Source: Gemmatimonadota bacterium (lineage in GTDB: Bacteria > Gemmatimonadota > Gemmatimonadetes > Palauibacterales > Palauibacteraceae). Taken from it: a stretch of DNA of 64,000 nucleotides. Below are positions 19,427-29,081 of this stretch, piece by piece (position 1 is the first letter of the stretch; the number at the start of each line of letters is the position of its first letter). Location of the stretch: positions 66,945 through 130,944 of the forward strand of contig JBDHLB010000003.1 of NCBI GenBank assembly GCA_039586095.1, in the 5' to 3' direction. Position numbers and translations under genes: made by a program. The notes below the pieces were generated by a model that saw only the letters and a program-made list of their open reading frames with translations, ran no database searches and was not told the DNA's origin.

Positions 19427-20818
19427 TCAGGGCGTTTCGGCGTCACCCTGGCGTGGTACGAGGTTGAGTGCCGCATGAAGCCCGACTCCCAATAGAACGG
19501 CGAGCACCACCTCGTTCGCGATCAGAATTCCCACGATCGTCGGCAAGGCTTCGATCCATTCCCTCCCGAGCGAGAACCGGAGGTAGGAGGGCAGGCCGAT
19601 GGCCAATATCAACGTCGTGCCGACAACCAGATGATTTTCAGTCGTCCGCGGCGCCGCCTGCAGGAGCCGGATGGCCGACACGGCGATCATCCCGCACACG
19701 ATGACGAACACGCCGCCCAGCACAGACCTTGGCATAGCGACCAGCAGCGCGCCGAACTTGGGGCTGAGCCCGTACAGGAGAAGGAACACAGCCGCGATCT
19801 GCACCACGAATCGACTCGCCACCCGTGTGGCCGCGATGATCCCGATGTTCTGCGTGTAGCTCGTGCAGGGAAGTCCTCCGAAAACGGAAGCCAGGGCGCT
19901 TCCGAGCCCCTCGGCGAAGATGCCACGGTTCATGTGTCGAACCGTGTAGGGCTCGTCCGTGACGGCGCACGTGGCCGCGTAGTCGCCGAGCGATTCGACC
20001 ATCGACCCGAAATACCCGGCCAGCACGGCGAGGATGGCGGCGCCGGCGAACTCCCACCCGAAGCCCGGACCGCCGTACGGGAACAGCCCTGGGAGAGAGA
20101 TCCACGCTTTCTCGGACACGAGCGCCCAGTCGACTTGGCCGAGCGCACCTCCGAGGCCGAGCCCGACCACCCAGATGGAGAGAAAGATCGAAGCTCGCGC
20201 CAGGATTCCGCCGAACACGCTTCGCCCCAGCACCTGGAGCGCGAAAACGAGCGCGATCACGGCCGCGGCGAGCAGAAAGTTCAGCACGTCGCCGTCGCCG
20301 ACCAGCAGTCGGATGGCCACCTGACCGAGCGCCAGCGCGATCGTGAGCACGACCGTACCCGCCACCACCGGCGGGAAGAGACGGCGCAGCATGCTGAGCA
20401 CGCGTGACCCGCCGACGGCCATCTCCACCAGGCCGCCGACGAACGCGCCGCCCCACATCGCGGCGGGCCCCAGCTGCCCGGCGACCGGAGCGAGCGTGCC
20501 GGTCAGCGTGGCCGATGGACCCTGAATGATCGGCAGCCGATTGCCGATCGTCGTCTGCAGCAGGGTGGCGACGCCCATCGAGAACAGGCAGAAGTTGATG
20601 AACCGTGCCTCTTCGGAGGCGGACATGCCGATCGCGGCAGCTACGGCCAGCGGCAGCACGAAGGGTGAGATGTCGACCAGTGTATGCTGCCACCCGTAGA
20701 GGAGCGACTCCCACCAGGTGGACGGCCGCTCATCGATCCGATAGATGGGATCTGCCACCTTCGGCAGCTCGTCCCATACCGGTACGTCGCTGGCTGGGGT
20801 CATGGGGCGCCGCGCCAT
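19427..20818 (-). CDS. NCS2 (xanthine/uracil permease) family transporter
   Basis: LYGWQHTLVDISPFVLPLAVA..., polytopic, with NCS2-like segments. Start is 22 nt after the kinase stop. Confidence 0.8.
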   Translation of the reverse strand: MARRPMTPASDVPVWDELPKVADPIYRIDERPSTWWESLLYGWQHTLVDISPFVLPLAVAAAIGMSASEEARFINFCLFSMGVATLLQTTIGNRLPIIQGPSATLTGTLAPVAGQLGPAAMWGGAFVGGLVEMAVGGSRVLSMLRRLFPPVVAGTVVLTIALALGQVAIRLLVGDGDVLNFLLAAAVIALVFALQVLGRSVFGGILARASIFLSIWVVGLGLGGALGQVDWALVSEKAWISLPGLFPYGGPGFGWEFAGAAILAVLAGYFGSMVESLGDYAATCAVTDEPYTVRHMNRGIFAEGLGSALASVFGGLPCTSYTQNIGIIAATRVASRFVVQIAAVFLLLYGLSPKFGALLVAMPRSVLGGVFVIVCGMIAVSAIRLLQAAPRTTENHLVVGTTLILAIGLPSYLRFSLGREWIEALPTIVGILIANEVVLAVLLGVGLHAALNLVPRQGDAETP

Positions 20819-20840
20819 CCGGTGGATACGAGGCCAGGTC

Positions 20841-23120
20841 CTACGCCGTAAAACTCATGCGGCGCAGCAGGCCCTCGAAACGCGGGTCGTCTCGTATCGC
20901 GTCGAACCAGGGACCGACCTTCATGTAGAACAGCAGGTTCTTCTGCAGGACGAACAGGCGCCAGGATCGATCCGCCAGCGATTCCTCCAGATGCTCGAAG
21001 GCGCGGTCCGCGTCGCCCAGCAATGCATAGATAATGCCGTGCACGGTGGGATCGTACCACTCTTCCTTCAGCTCGCTCAAGGCGGCGAGCGCCTCAGCCC
21101 GCTTGCCGGCCACCGCGTGGATCTCCGCCTTGGCGAACCCCCAATACGGTACGTCGGGCCGCAGCTCGACCACCTTTTCGAACGCGTCGAGCGCTTCCTG
21201 GTCGCGTCCCAACAGCGGCAGGAGGAGGATGAGCCAGGCATAGGCCGAAAAGAAGCGCGGCTCCAGGTCGACCGTGTGGCGAAAATCAGCCAGGGCGCCC
21301 GCGTAGTCACGGGCCATGAAGCGAACGATCCCCGTCGTGACGCGGATCGCGTGCGACAGCGGGTCCAGCTCCCCGGCGCGCAATACCTGCTCCCGCGCCT
21401 CCTCGTGGCGGCCCAGGGCAGCGAGTAGTGTGGCGTACCACTGATGGGCCGTGGCGTAGTTGGGGTCTAGCTCGATCGCCCGGAGGTACTCCTCCTCCTC
21501 TGCCTTCCAGTCCCGTTCCGTGCGGAGGATCTGGCCCCGTGAGGCGTGCGCCGACGCCAGCCGCTCGTCGAGCTCCAGCGCTCGATCGACGGCGACTCTC
21601 GCTTTCGTCAGCGCCTCGACCTCGGGCATGTATCCGTACGAACCCAGGAGGAGATACGTATCCGCCAGCCCGGCGTACGCGGGGGCATACATGGGATCCC
21701 GCCCGATCGCGCTCCGGAATTTCTCCTCGGCGTCCTCCAGGCCGACCCGAGTCCGCCGATTCCACGAATACCGCCCCTTGATGTAGAGTTCGTGGGCCTC
21801 GACGTCCTGTGTCGGAAGCCGCTGGATCATCGAGAGCTCGCTGGTTGAGATGGTCGCGTGAAGCGCCTCGGCGATTCGCTGTGCGACCTCGCTCTGGATC
21901 GCGAAGATGTCCGTAACCTGGCGATCGTATGTTTCCGCCCACAGGTGGTCGTCGGTTGCCGCGTCGATCAGCTGGCTGACGATCCGGACGCGATCCCCTG
22001 ACCGTCGCACGCTCCCCTCGAGCACGGTCGCCACGTTGAGCTGTTCGCCGATCTCCTTGAGCGTAAGATCCGTGTCCTTGTATCCCATGACCGAGGTCCG
22101 GGAAATCACCTTCAGGTCATGGATCTTGGACAGGTGGGCGATGATGTCTTCGGTGATCCCTTCGCTGAAGTACTCCGTGTGCTCGTCACGATTCAGATTC
22201 TGGAGCGGGAGAACCGCGACGGACTTGCTGTGAGGAGCGCCCGGCGTCGCGCGCGTGAACCGCGCTTGCAGTCGTGAGAGCCAGCTTCGCCCGGCGCCCG
22301 CCGCTCGTGAAGCCGCGGGGGTAGCCCTGCGCCCCTCGCTCGCAGACTTGAGGGCTTCACTGAACGCCGCCGCGCTCGGCCAACGATCCTCGGGCTCCGT
22401 CTTCAGCGCCCGCTCGAGCACCGCTCTCAGCTCGTCCGGAACACCCGCCCAGCGGGACTGCGGACGCGCATCTCCGCGCCATGGGTATCCTGTAAGCGCT
22501 TCGTACAGAACTGCGCCCAGCGAGTAGATGTCCGCCCTGGCCGTGGCGCCGCCCAGGTACTGCTCTGGCGCCATGTAGGCCGGCGTACCGACGACGACGC
22601 CGCTGCGGGTGAGCGTATCCCCGCCGAAATCGGTGATTGCCTTGGCGATGCCAAAATCCGCGACGACGGCCGCGTCCTCACCGCACAGGATGTTCGCCGG
22701 TTTGATGTCCCGGTGAACGACACCGCGCCGGTGCGCATACTCGAGCGCCCGCGCGACGTCTCGTCCGATGCGTACGACGTGGGCAGCCGGAAGCTTTCCC
22801 ACCCGATCCAGCTTGTTGCGCAGGTTCTCTCCCTCGACGAACGGCATGATGAAGTAGACGAGATCTCCGGCCACGCCTGAGTCGAGAAGCGGCAGGATGT
22901 GAGGGTGCTGGAGGTTGGCCGTGACGTGGATTTCTCGCCTGAAGCGCGCCGGAGCGAGGTGGGAGGTCAGATCGGGGTGGATCGTCTTGATCGCCACCGG
23001 TCGTCCGTGCTTCCGATCACGGGCACGGTAGACGGTTCCCATCCCGCCTTCCCCGATCAGCGTATCGAGCTCGTAGCGATCGCCCAGCTCGGCGTGGAGG
23101 ATTTCGTGCGGATCAGGCAT
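20841..23120 (-). CDS. Ser/Thr protein kinase with TolB-N-like and TPR C-terminal modules
   Basis: GEGGMGTVYRARD...VAIK, HRDIKPANIL, DFGIAK, APE. C-terminal VAVLPLQNLNRD...LEGSVRRSGDRVRIVSQLIDAATDDHLWAETYDR plus TPR repeats. Confidence 0.9.
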   Translation of the reverse strand: MPDPHEILHAELGDRYELDTLIGEGGMGTVYRARDRKHGRPVAIKTIHPDLTSHLAPARFRREIHVTANLQHPHILPLLDSGVAGDLVYFIMPFVEGENLRNKLDRVGKLPAAHVVRIGRDVARALEYAHRRGVVHRDIKPANILCGEDAAVVADFGIAKAITDFGGDTLTRSGVVVGTPAYMAPEQYLGGATARADIYSLGAVLYEALTGYPWRGDARPQSRWAGVPDELRAVLERALKTEPEDRWPSAAAFSEALKSASEGRRATPAASRAAGAGRSWLSRLQARFTRATPGAPHSKSVAVLPLQNLNRDEHTEYFSEGITEDIIAHLSKIHDLKVISRTSVMGYKDTDLTLKEIGEQLNVATVLEGSVRRSGDRVRIVSQLIDAATDDHLWAETYDRQVTDIFAIQSEVAQRIAEALHATISTSELSMIQRLPTQDVEAHELYIKGRYSWNRRTRVGLEDAEEKFRSAIGRDPMYAPAYAGLADTYLLLGSYGYMPEVEALTKARVAVDRALELDERLASAHASRGQILRTERDWKAEEEEYLRAIELDPNYATAHQWYATLLAALGRHEEAREQVLRAGELDPLSHAIRVTTGIVRFMARDYAGALADFRHTVDLEPRFFSAYAWLILLLPLLGRDQEALDAFEKVVELRPDVPYWGFAKAEIHAVAGKRAEALAALSELKEEWYDPTVHGIIYALLGDADRAFEHLEESLADRSWRLFVLQKNLLFYMKVGPWFDAIRDDPRFEGLLRRMSFTA

Positions 23121-23232
23121 GCCGGGGTCTCGACGACTCCTTCGCGGCGGCCGCAAGGCACGACGCTGTCACATGGGAACAAGGCCTGGCGGCGGTCAAT
23201 CGACGAAATGTAGGCAAGGCGGGCGGAGGATC

Positions 23233-23258
23233 AAAACAGCGCGGGGCCGAGCCGCCCC
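23233..23258 (-). terminator. weak intrinsic-terminator-like hairpin
   Basis: Minus strand reads GGGGC-GGCTCG-GCCCC, then GCGCTGTTTT. The stem is short and the T-tract is displaced. Confidence 0.3.
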
Positions 23259-23274
23259 CAATTGCCAGCCGACC

Positions 23275-23784
23275 TCACATTCCGGACCACAGCGTGAAGC
23301 CCAGCTTGACCACGATGGCCCAATCATCGGGGTCGAACGGTTGCCACGAGGCCAGCGTAACGAGGGCAGTACGGGGGATGGGGAGAAACACGACCAGAGA
23401 ATTCGTGAGCTGGAACTCGGGACGGTAATCGGTGACCGGCAGCATCACGAACCCCGGTCCGATGGATGAGCTAAGCCCGAACGTCTTGGGGGGCACGAAA
23501 ACGTACTGATACTCGGCCGCGACGATCACCGTCGGCCTCTCCGTGATGTCGGCGTCCGTCCACGAGATGGTGGTATAGGGACGGAAGTCGGCGATGTAGG
23601 GCGGCCCCGCCGCGTGCAGCTCGAGCACGGTGAACGTGTTCGAAGGAACGACTAGCGCCCCCACCCCGAGCGTGACGAGTTGCGCCTCCGCGTCGTCGGG
23701 TCCGAACAGCAGAGCGAGGCCCAGAAGCATCATTGCACGTCGCATCAGCACTCGGGTCCAGCTTCGGCCGTCAGAGTTCATCAT
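23275..23784 (-). CDS. secreted hypothetical protein
   Basis: Signal-peptide-like MRRAMMLLGLALLFGPDDAEA, beta-rich remainder. Start uncertain (ATG 23784, 23745 or 23733). Confidence 0.45.
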   Translation of the reverse strand: MMNSDGRSWTRVLMRRAMMLLGLALLFGPDDAEAQLVTLGVGALVVPSNTFTVLELHAAGPPYIADFRPYTTISWTDADITERPTVIVAAEYQYVFVPPKTFGLSSSIGPGFVMLPVTDYRPEFQLTNSLVVFLPIPRTALVTLASWQPFDPDDWAIVVKLGFTLWSGM

Positions 23785-23803
23785 CACAGGAGATTCTCGA
23801 GGT

Positions 23804-24364
23804 TCAATAGATAAACGGTATGAATCGCTTCGTGTTCTGCATATAGACTCTGTACGCCGGCCCGAAGTACTCGGTGTTCTCACGCTCCTCGAAAGTGGCT
23901 GTCGCGTGCAGAAAGCCGGTGGCCAAGGCAGCGAGCCCGGCGGCCTCCCAGGACGGTCTCTTGAGGAACACGCCCCACGCGAGAAGCAATAGCGACGTGT
24001 ACATCGGGTGCCGGATGAGCTTGTAGACACCCGTCGTGACCAGATGTGTGGTCTTCTCGATTCCGATTAGTGTCCCATCCGTGGAGCCTCGATCACCCGG
24101 CCTACCCTCCCTGCGAAGCTGACGCACGGCCGGGAACAGTGGAACCAGAGAAGCCACTAGCAGGAACCAGGACGCGATCTGGTGAGGAGCAAGCGGTTCT
24201 CCGAACCACTGAGCGAAACTTTCGAAGCTGAGGACTATCAAGGCGAGGATGCACTCCCAAGCGAAGAACCGGTAGAAGCCATGGGAGCGCGGGGCCGTCA
24301 GCGAGCCTCGAGAGATGTAGGCGACTACTGCGGACAGCACGACGAAGACTGCCAGGCGCGTCAC
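23804..24364 (-). CDS. ICMT-family membrane methyltransferase
   Basis: GVYKLIRHPMYTSLLLLAWG...EERENTEYFG motif region. 4-5 TM helices. Confidence 0.75.
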   Translation of the reverse strand: MTRLAVFVVLSAVVAYISRGSLTAPRSHGFYRFFAWECILALIVLSFESFAQWFGEPLAPHQIASWFLLVASLVPLFPAVRQLRREGRPGDRGSTDGTLIGIEKTTHLVTTGVYKLIRHPMYTSLLLLAWGVFLKRPSWEAAGLAALATGFLHATATFEERENTEYFGPAYRVYMQNTKRFIPFIY

Positions 24365-24368
24365 CTGC

Positions 24369-25580
24369 TCACTCCGGCGTGTCCGCTCTGGCCGATTCTC
24401 CCTTTCGACTCAGCCTGGCGCCCAGATCGACCCGGTACGTACGTCCACGCCAGTCGACTTCCGGCTTGAGCAACATGGACAGTCCGATCGGAATCACGGT
24501 CGGAAACGGCACCCAGGCCATCCCGGCGTACCGGAAGGGAACGGGTGCTCCGCCGTAGACGCGGTTCAGTCGCAGTTGGTGAAGCCCCTCGGCGGCCAGC
24601 ACGACGGCAGGCGGGAGTGCTGCCCATGCGGGCCCGGTCGCCAGCGCGGCGATGGCGAGAGCGAGCGAAGCGAAGAAGCTGACGGCACGGAAGACGAGTG
24701 GCCACACGAAGTCGGCCGGCATGCCACCTCTCCCGAAGAACAGCCAGCGACGCCAGAGCCTGAGAAAGTCTCCGAAACCCAAGCCGTAGTTGATGATATG
24801 GAGCGGGTGGGTGCCTATGATGTTGCGATACCCCGCATCCACGATGCGGGCTCCCAGGTACATGTCGTCCACCAGTTGACCCGCGGCACACTCGACCCCG
24901 CCAATTGCCGCGAGCGCCTCCCTGCGGAACACCATGAGCTGGCCGACCAGAAAGGGGAGTTCTCGGTGCTCGCCGGCTTTGACCTCCATGTTGGCGAGTG
25001 CGTACGCGTTCAGGATGATGTGATGGGCGACGTCCCCGGGAGTGCGCGGTGGGCTGGGCGTGACAGCCGGCGCGAAAGCGGCACCCGCCCGTTCATCGGC
25101 GTCGAGGTGCTCGATCAGATTCATGAGGACCTGTGTGTCGGGTCGACTGTCTGAATCTCCGAAGCCGATGTACTCGCCCGAGGCTTCCGCCTCCCCCGCG
25201 ATCATGTTGTTGATCTTGCCGGTGACGTCGACCGGCGGCTTCCCGGCGAACACGATGCGCGCGGCACCGTGCCCTCCGCTTCGCCGGTGCTGCTCGATCG
25301 CATCCCGGGCGAGCGCGCACGCGGGATCATTCTCGTCCTCGAACACGAAGATTGTCTCGATCTCGCCGGGATAGCCCGTATTCAACGCCGCCCGGAAGTT
25401 CTCCGCCTGTTCGACGTCCGCGCCCTTCACGGGCCGTACGACGGTGACCGACGGGTAGGCACGAAGGCGCGGCGGTCTCTCCGTCTCTCGACGGTGAAGA
25501 CCGCGAACGGCTTCCCGATGGCTCAGGACGAGATGAACCAGGAATCCGATGGAAACCAGCGTGACGACCGCAACGAACAC
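24369..25580 (-). CDS. family 2/21 glycosyltransferase (ceramide glucosyltransferase-like)
   Basis: N-terminal TM helix, YPSVTVVRPVKGAD, FGDSD, and an (Q/R)xxRW-like RLWRRW motif. Confidence 0.75.
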   Translation of the reverse strand: MFVAVVTLVSIGFLVHLVLSHREAVRGLHRRETERPPRLRAYPSVTVVRPVKGADVEQAENFRAALNTGYPGEIETIFVFEDENDPACALARDAIEQHRRSGGHGAARIVFAGKPPVDVTGKINNMIAGEAEASGEYIGFGDSDSRPDTQVLMNLIEHLDADERAGAAFAPAVTPSPPRTPGDVAHHIILNAYALANMEVKAGEHRELPFLVGQLMVFRREALAAIGGVECAAGQLVDDMYLGARIVDAGYRNIIGTHPLHIINYGLGFGDFLRLWRRWLFFGRGGMPADFVWPLVFRAVSFFASLALAIAALATGPAWAALPPAVVLAAEGLHQLRLNRVYGGAPVPFRYAGMAWVPFPTVIPIGLSMLLKPEVDWRGRTYRVDLGARLSRKGESARADTPE

Positions 25581-25690
25581 TCGACCCTCCCGGCCAGTTC
25601 GACGGACAAACTCTCACAAATCGCTCCCTGCCGGTAGTCACGATGCTCCTCAGCGACCAGATTCCCAACCAGGCCCACCGGAGGCCACGG

Positions 25691-25710
25691 CCGTTCGGTG
25701 CACCGAACGG
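25691..25710. promoter_or_regulatory. perfect 20-bp palindrome CCGTTCGGTGCACCGAACGG
   Basis: Read directly from the sequence. Lies about 110 nt upstream of the glycosyltransferase start, inside a non-coding divergent region of about 600 nt. Function unknown. Confidence 0.35.
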
Positions 25711-26198
25711 CGTGCGTGTCGTGCTCCGATGATCGAGGAGCAGGCGGGCCGACGAGTCGCAGGTTCCACCGGTCGCTCGTGCTGTGCCGTGCGATTGCGG
25801 GTTTGCCCGCTCTCGCTGAGTACTTCGCGGCCGTCTCTCTTCCTCTGTCGGATGTCGTGGCCTGCCTGGCGATCGCCGCTCGGGTGGCGACCGCCGGCGG
25901 CAACACGAGGCGGGGGGGGATTGTCGATCGCGGCGGGCTAGCAGAAGGGCCGCCTCGCCCGGCTGACCCGCGCGCTGTGCCCGCTTGCCGGGGCCGCTTC
26001 TCAAGAGTTACATGAGGTCTCTTCCCCTAGTACGCAGGCCGGTGTTTCCCGAGCCATCAGACAGCCTCGAGCGCATCTTGCGCCGGCGCGACCTCATGGG
26101 GTTTACGGGGGTAGCCATCTGCGATGCCGACGATGCCGCGGCGGTCGCAAACCGAACTCTGAACTGGAATGATGCAACGCGAGCGTGGAACAGCTGTG

Positions 26199-29081
26199 AT
26201 GAACAAGAGCCTGCTCCTGAATCTCCGCACGGCGGCTTCGGTCCTGACCGGCTCCGCGGCGTTGGCCGTCGGATTGGCCTCCTGCGGCGACAGCCCGACC
26301 GAGCCCCCGCCCCCTCCGGCGCCGGCCATCTCGCTCTCGAGTTCCTCGGTCTTGCTGACACAGGAGATCGGCTCCAGCGCCACGAGCGCCTCCTTCGATG
26401 TCTCGAACAGCGGTGGCGGCACGCTCAGTTGGTCCGTTTCCGCCGATCGGTCGTGGGTGAACGCGACCCCTGCATCCGGTTCGCTGAGCGCGGGCTCATC
26501 GACCACCGTCAACGTGACTACGAACGGCACGATCTTGGGGACCGGCGCCTACCAGGCGGCCGTCACGGTGAGCGGCAACGCGTCGAATTCGCCTCAGACC
26601 CTCGACGCCGCGCTGACCGTCACACAGACGTCTCCGCTCGCGCTCGGCGACGGAACGCCGGTCGTGGGTCTGGGCGGCCAGGCGTCGAGCGAGATCCTGT
26701 TCGAGCACGATCTGCCCGGCGGCAGCGGCAGCGTGGCCCCGACGGACGGGGGTGGCGCAGCATCGCCGGCATCGACCAACGGCTCGCGAGCCCTTGTCGC
26801 CAGCCTGCTACGGGTCACGCTCGCCAGCGGCTCGGGAAACGCCGACCTCTACGTGCGGCAAGGCACGCCGCCCACCACTACCTCGTTCGACTGTGCCTCG
26901 ACGGAGTCGGGAAACACCGAGACCTGCGAGTTGCTCAATCCCGAAGGGGGCAGCTGGTTTGTGCTCGTCCGCGGCGCGGCCTCGTTCGAAGGAGCCGTGG
27001 CCAGTCTCCAGTTCCTGGAAGACGTCGAGCCCGCCTCCATTCAGCTCTCTCCCGCCTCCATCACGGTCGAGGCCCCGCAAGGCACTGACGCCTCGGAGAC
27101 GCTGACGATCACGAATCCCGGCGATCTCACGTTGTCCTGGACGGCAAGCGCCGATGAAGAGTGGATCGAAGTGAGCCCCCCGTCCGGTTCGCTGGCACCC
27201 GGCGCTTCGGTCGACGTCACGGTCTCGATCGCCAGCTCGGACCTGGCGACGGGCGACTACTCTGGCGCCATCACGGTCAGCGACCCGACCGGATCTGCCG
27301 ATCCGCAGAACGCGTCGATCGACCTGATCGTCGCACCGGCCGCCGTGATCGATCTGGGGAGGACGGCGTTGAACTTCGACGTGCTCGAAGGCTCCAATCC
27401 GGCCAGCCAGACGTTCAGCATCACGAATGGCGGCGGCTTGACGCTCAACTGGGTCGCGACGGAGCAGCGGACCTGGATGGAGGTCCAGCCGGTGCTCGGG
27501 TCGCTGGCACCCGGTGCGTCGGTCACCGTCACCGTGACCGTACTGAGTGAAGGCCTCGACGCGAACACGTACACCGGCAACATCACGATCGAGGACGAGA
27601 ACGCGTCCAACAGTCCGCAGACCGTTGCCGTCAGCCTGACCGTGGCGCCGGTTCCCATCATCCAGCTCGATCCGGGGACGCTCGACTTCACCACCGACGA
27701 GGGCCAGGAGCCGGCCGATCAGACTTTCGATGTGAGAAACACGGGCGCGGCCGAGCTCAACTGGAGCGCGTCGGTCGACCAGTCCTGGCTCTCGCTCGAA
27801 CCGGCTTCGGGTTCGGTGGCCGTGGGAGGTTCCGAGACCGTCACGGCGTCGATTTCGACGGCCGGGCTCGCGGCGGGGAACTACACCGCCGAGATCACGG
27901 TCAGCGATCCGAACGCCAACAATTCACCCCAGGCGATGAACGTGACCCTCGCCATCATCCCTGCCGGCTTCCGGCAGCTCAAGGTCACGGGTGGGGGCAA
28001 TGGCGCCGGTAACGTGACGAGCTCGCCCGCCGGGATCGATTGCGACCTGAGCGGGGATCTCTTTGCGGGCACCTGCAGCGGATTCTTCGCGCAGGATTCC
28101 GATGTCACGCTCATGGCCACGCCGGAGCTCGGCAACGAGTTCACGGAATGGCTGGGGGACTGCAGCGGCACGGGAGACTGCGTCGTGACGCTGGATGAGA
28201 ATCGGATCGCAACGGTACGCTTCGAGGACCCCGAGATGGATATCGAGATCCGATTCACCGCGGGAAGCACGCCCACGGAGTCCCAGGTGGAGGCGTTCGC
28301 CGCCGCCGAGGAGCGCTGGGAGCGGATCATCACGCTCGGCCTCCCCGACATTCCACTCGACCTGCCGGCCGGTCGGTGTGGGAACAACGCGCCAGCGATT
28401 AATGAGACGGTGGACGACCTGGTCATTCTCGCGACCGTCACCAACATCGATGGGCCGGGAGGCATCTTGGGGCAGGCGGGGCCCTGTTTCCTGCGCTCGG
28501 ACAGTCGGTTGCCGATTCTCGGTCTCATGCAGTTCGATTCCAGCGACCTGGAAGCACTGGAGTTCGACGACAGCGAGAGGTTCAGGGACCTCATCATTCA
28601 TGAGATGGGGCACGTTCTGGGGATCGGCGTGATCTGGGATGACCTCGGACTGCTGCAACAGCCGTCGCGGGGCGGTGGCATCGACCCGCATTTCACCGGC
28701 CCCGAAGCCCTGGGATCCTTCGACCTTCTGGGTGGCGGGTTCTACTCCGGCAACAAGGTCCCGGTGGAGAACATCGGCGGTGCCGGGACCGCCGACTCAC
28801 ACTGGCGCGAGAGTGTGCTCGACGCGGAGCTGATGACGGGCTTCCTCGACCAGCCTCCCAATCCACTTTCGCGGCTGACGATCAGCTCGCTCGCCGATGT
28901 CGGTTACGACGTGGACGTGGCCCGCGCGGACCCCTACTTCATCGTTCTCAACGCCCGCGCCAGCCGGTCCTCGCCGCCGATCCAGCTCAGGGACGATATC
29001 TGGCGAGGCCAGATCTACGTCGCCGAGCCTGATGGCACCGTTCGTCGTCTGGAGGACGCGCGTCTGGAGGATGAGCGTTGA
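26199..29081 (+). CDS. multi-domain lipoprotein with C-terminal leishmanolysin-like (M8) metallopeptidase domain
   Basis: Lipobox LASCG. Four ~95-aa repeats (L.W.... W... P.SGSL.PG.S..V.V...........Y.G.ITV.D). PPC-like domain (ADLYVRQG...GSWFVLVRG). B-repeat-like domain (GNVTSSPAGIDC...FTEWLGDCSGTGDCVVTL). HEMGHVLGIG plus DSHWRESVLDAELMTG. Confidence 0.8.
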   Translation: MNKSLLLNLRTAASVLTGSAALAVGLASCGDSPTEPPPPPAPAISLSSSSVLLTQEIGSSATSASFDVSNSGGGTLSWSVSADRSWVNATPASGSLSAGSSTTVNVTTNGTILGTGAYQAAVTVSGNASNSPQTLDAALTVTQTSPLALGDGTPVVGLGGQASSEILFEHDLPGGSGSVAPTDGGGAASPASTNGSRALVASLLRVTLASGSGNADLYVRQGTPPTTTSFDCASTESGNTETCELLNPEGGSWFVLVRGAASFEGAVASLQFLEDVEPASIQLSPASITVEAPQGTDASETLTITNPGDLTLSWTASADEEWIEVSPPSGSLAPGASVDVTVSIASSDLATGDYSGAITVSDPTGSADPQNASIDLIVAPAAVIDLGRTALNFDVLEGSNPASQTFSITNGGGLTLNWVATEQRTWMEVQPVLGSLAPGASVTVTVTVLSEGLDANTYTGNITIEDENASNSPQTVAVSLTVAPVPIIQLDPGTLDFTTDEGQEPADQTFDVRNTGAAELNWSASVDQSWLSLEPASGSVAVGGSETVTASISTAGLAAGNYTAEITVSDPNANNSPQAMNVTLAIIPAGFRQLKVTGGGNGAGNVTSSPAGIDCDLSGDLFAGTCSGFFAQDSDVTLMATPELGNEFTEWLGDCSGTGDCVVTLDENRIATVRFEDPEMDIEIRFTAGSTPTESQVEAFAAAEERWERIITLGLPDIPLDLPAGRCGNNAPAINETVDDLVILATVTNIDGPGGILGQAGPCFLRSDSRLPILGLMQFDSSDLEALEFDDSERFRDLIIHEMGHVLGIGVIWDDLGLLQQPSRGGGIDPHFTGPEALGSFDLLGGGFYSGNKVPVENIGGAGTADSHWRESVLDAELMTGFLDQPPNPLSRLTISSLADVGYDVDVARADPYFIVLNARASRSSPPIQLRDDIWRGQIYVAEPDGTVRRLEDARLEDER

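Noticed and set aside
25985-27088. 367-aa plus-strand ORF overlapping the start of the protease lipoprotein in another frame
   Set aside because: Arg-rich shadow frame. The 26199 frame has a lipobox, repeats and a protease motif.
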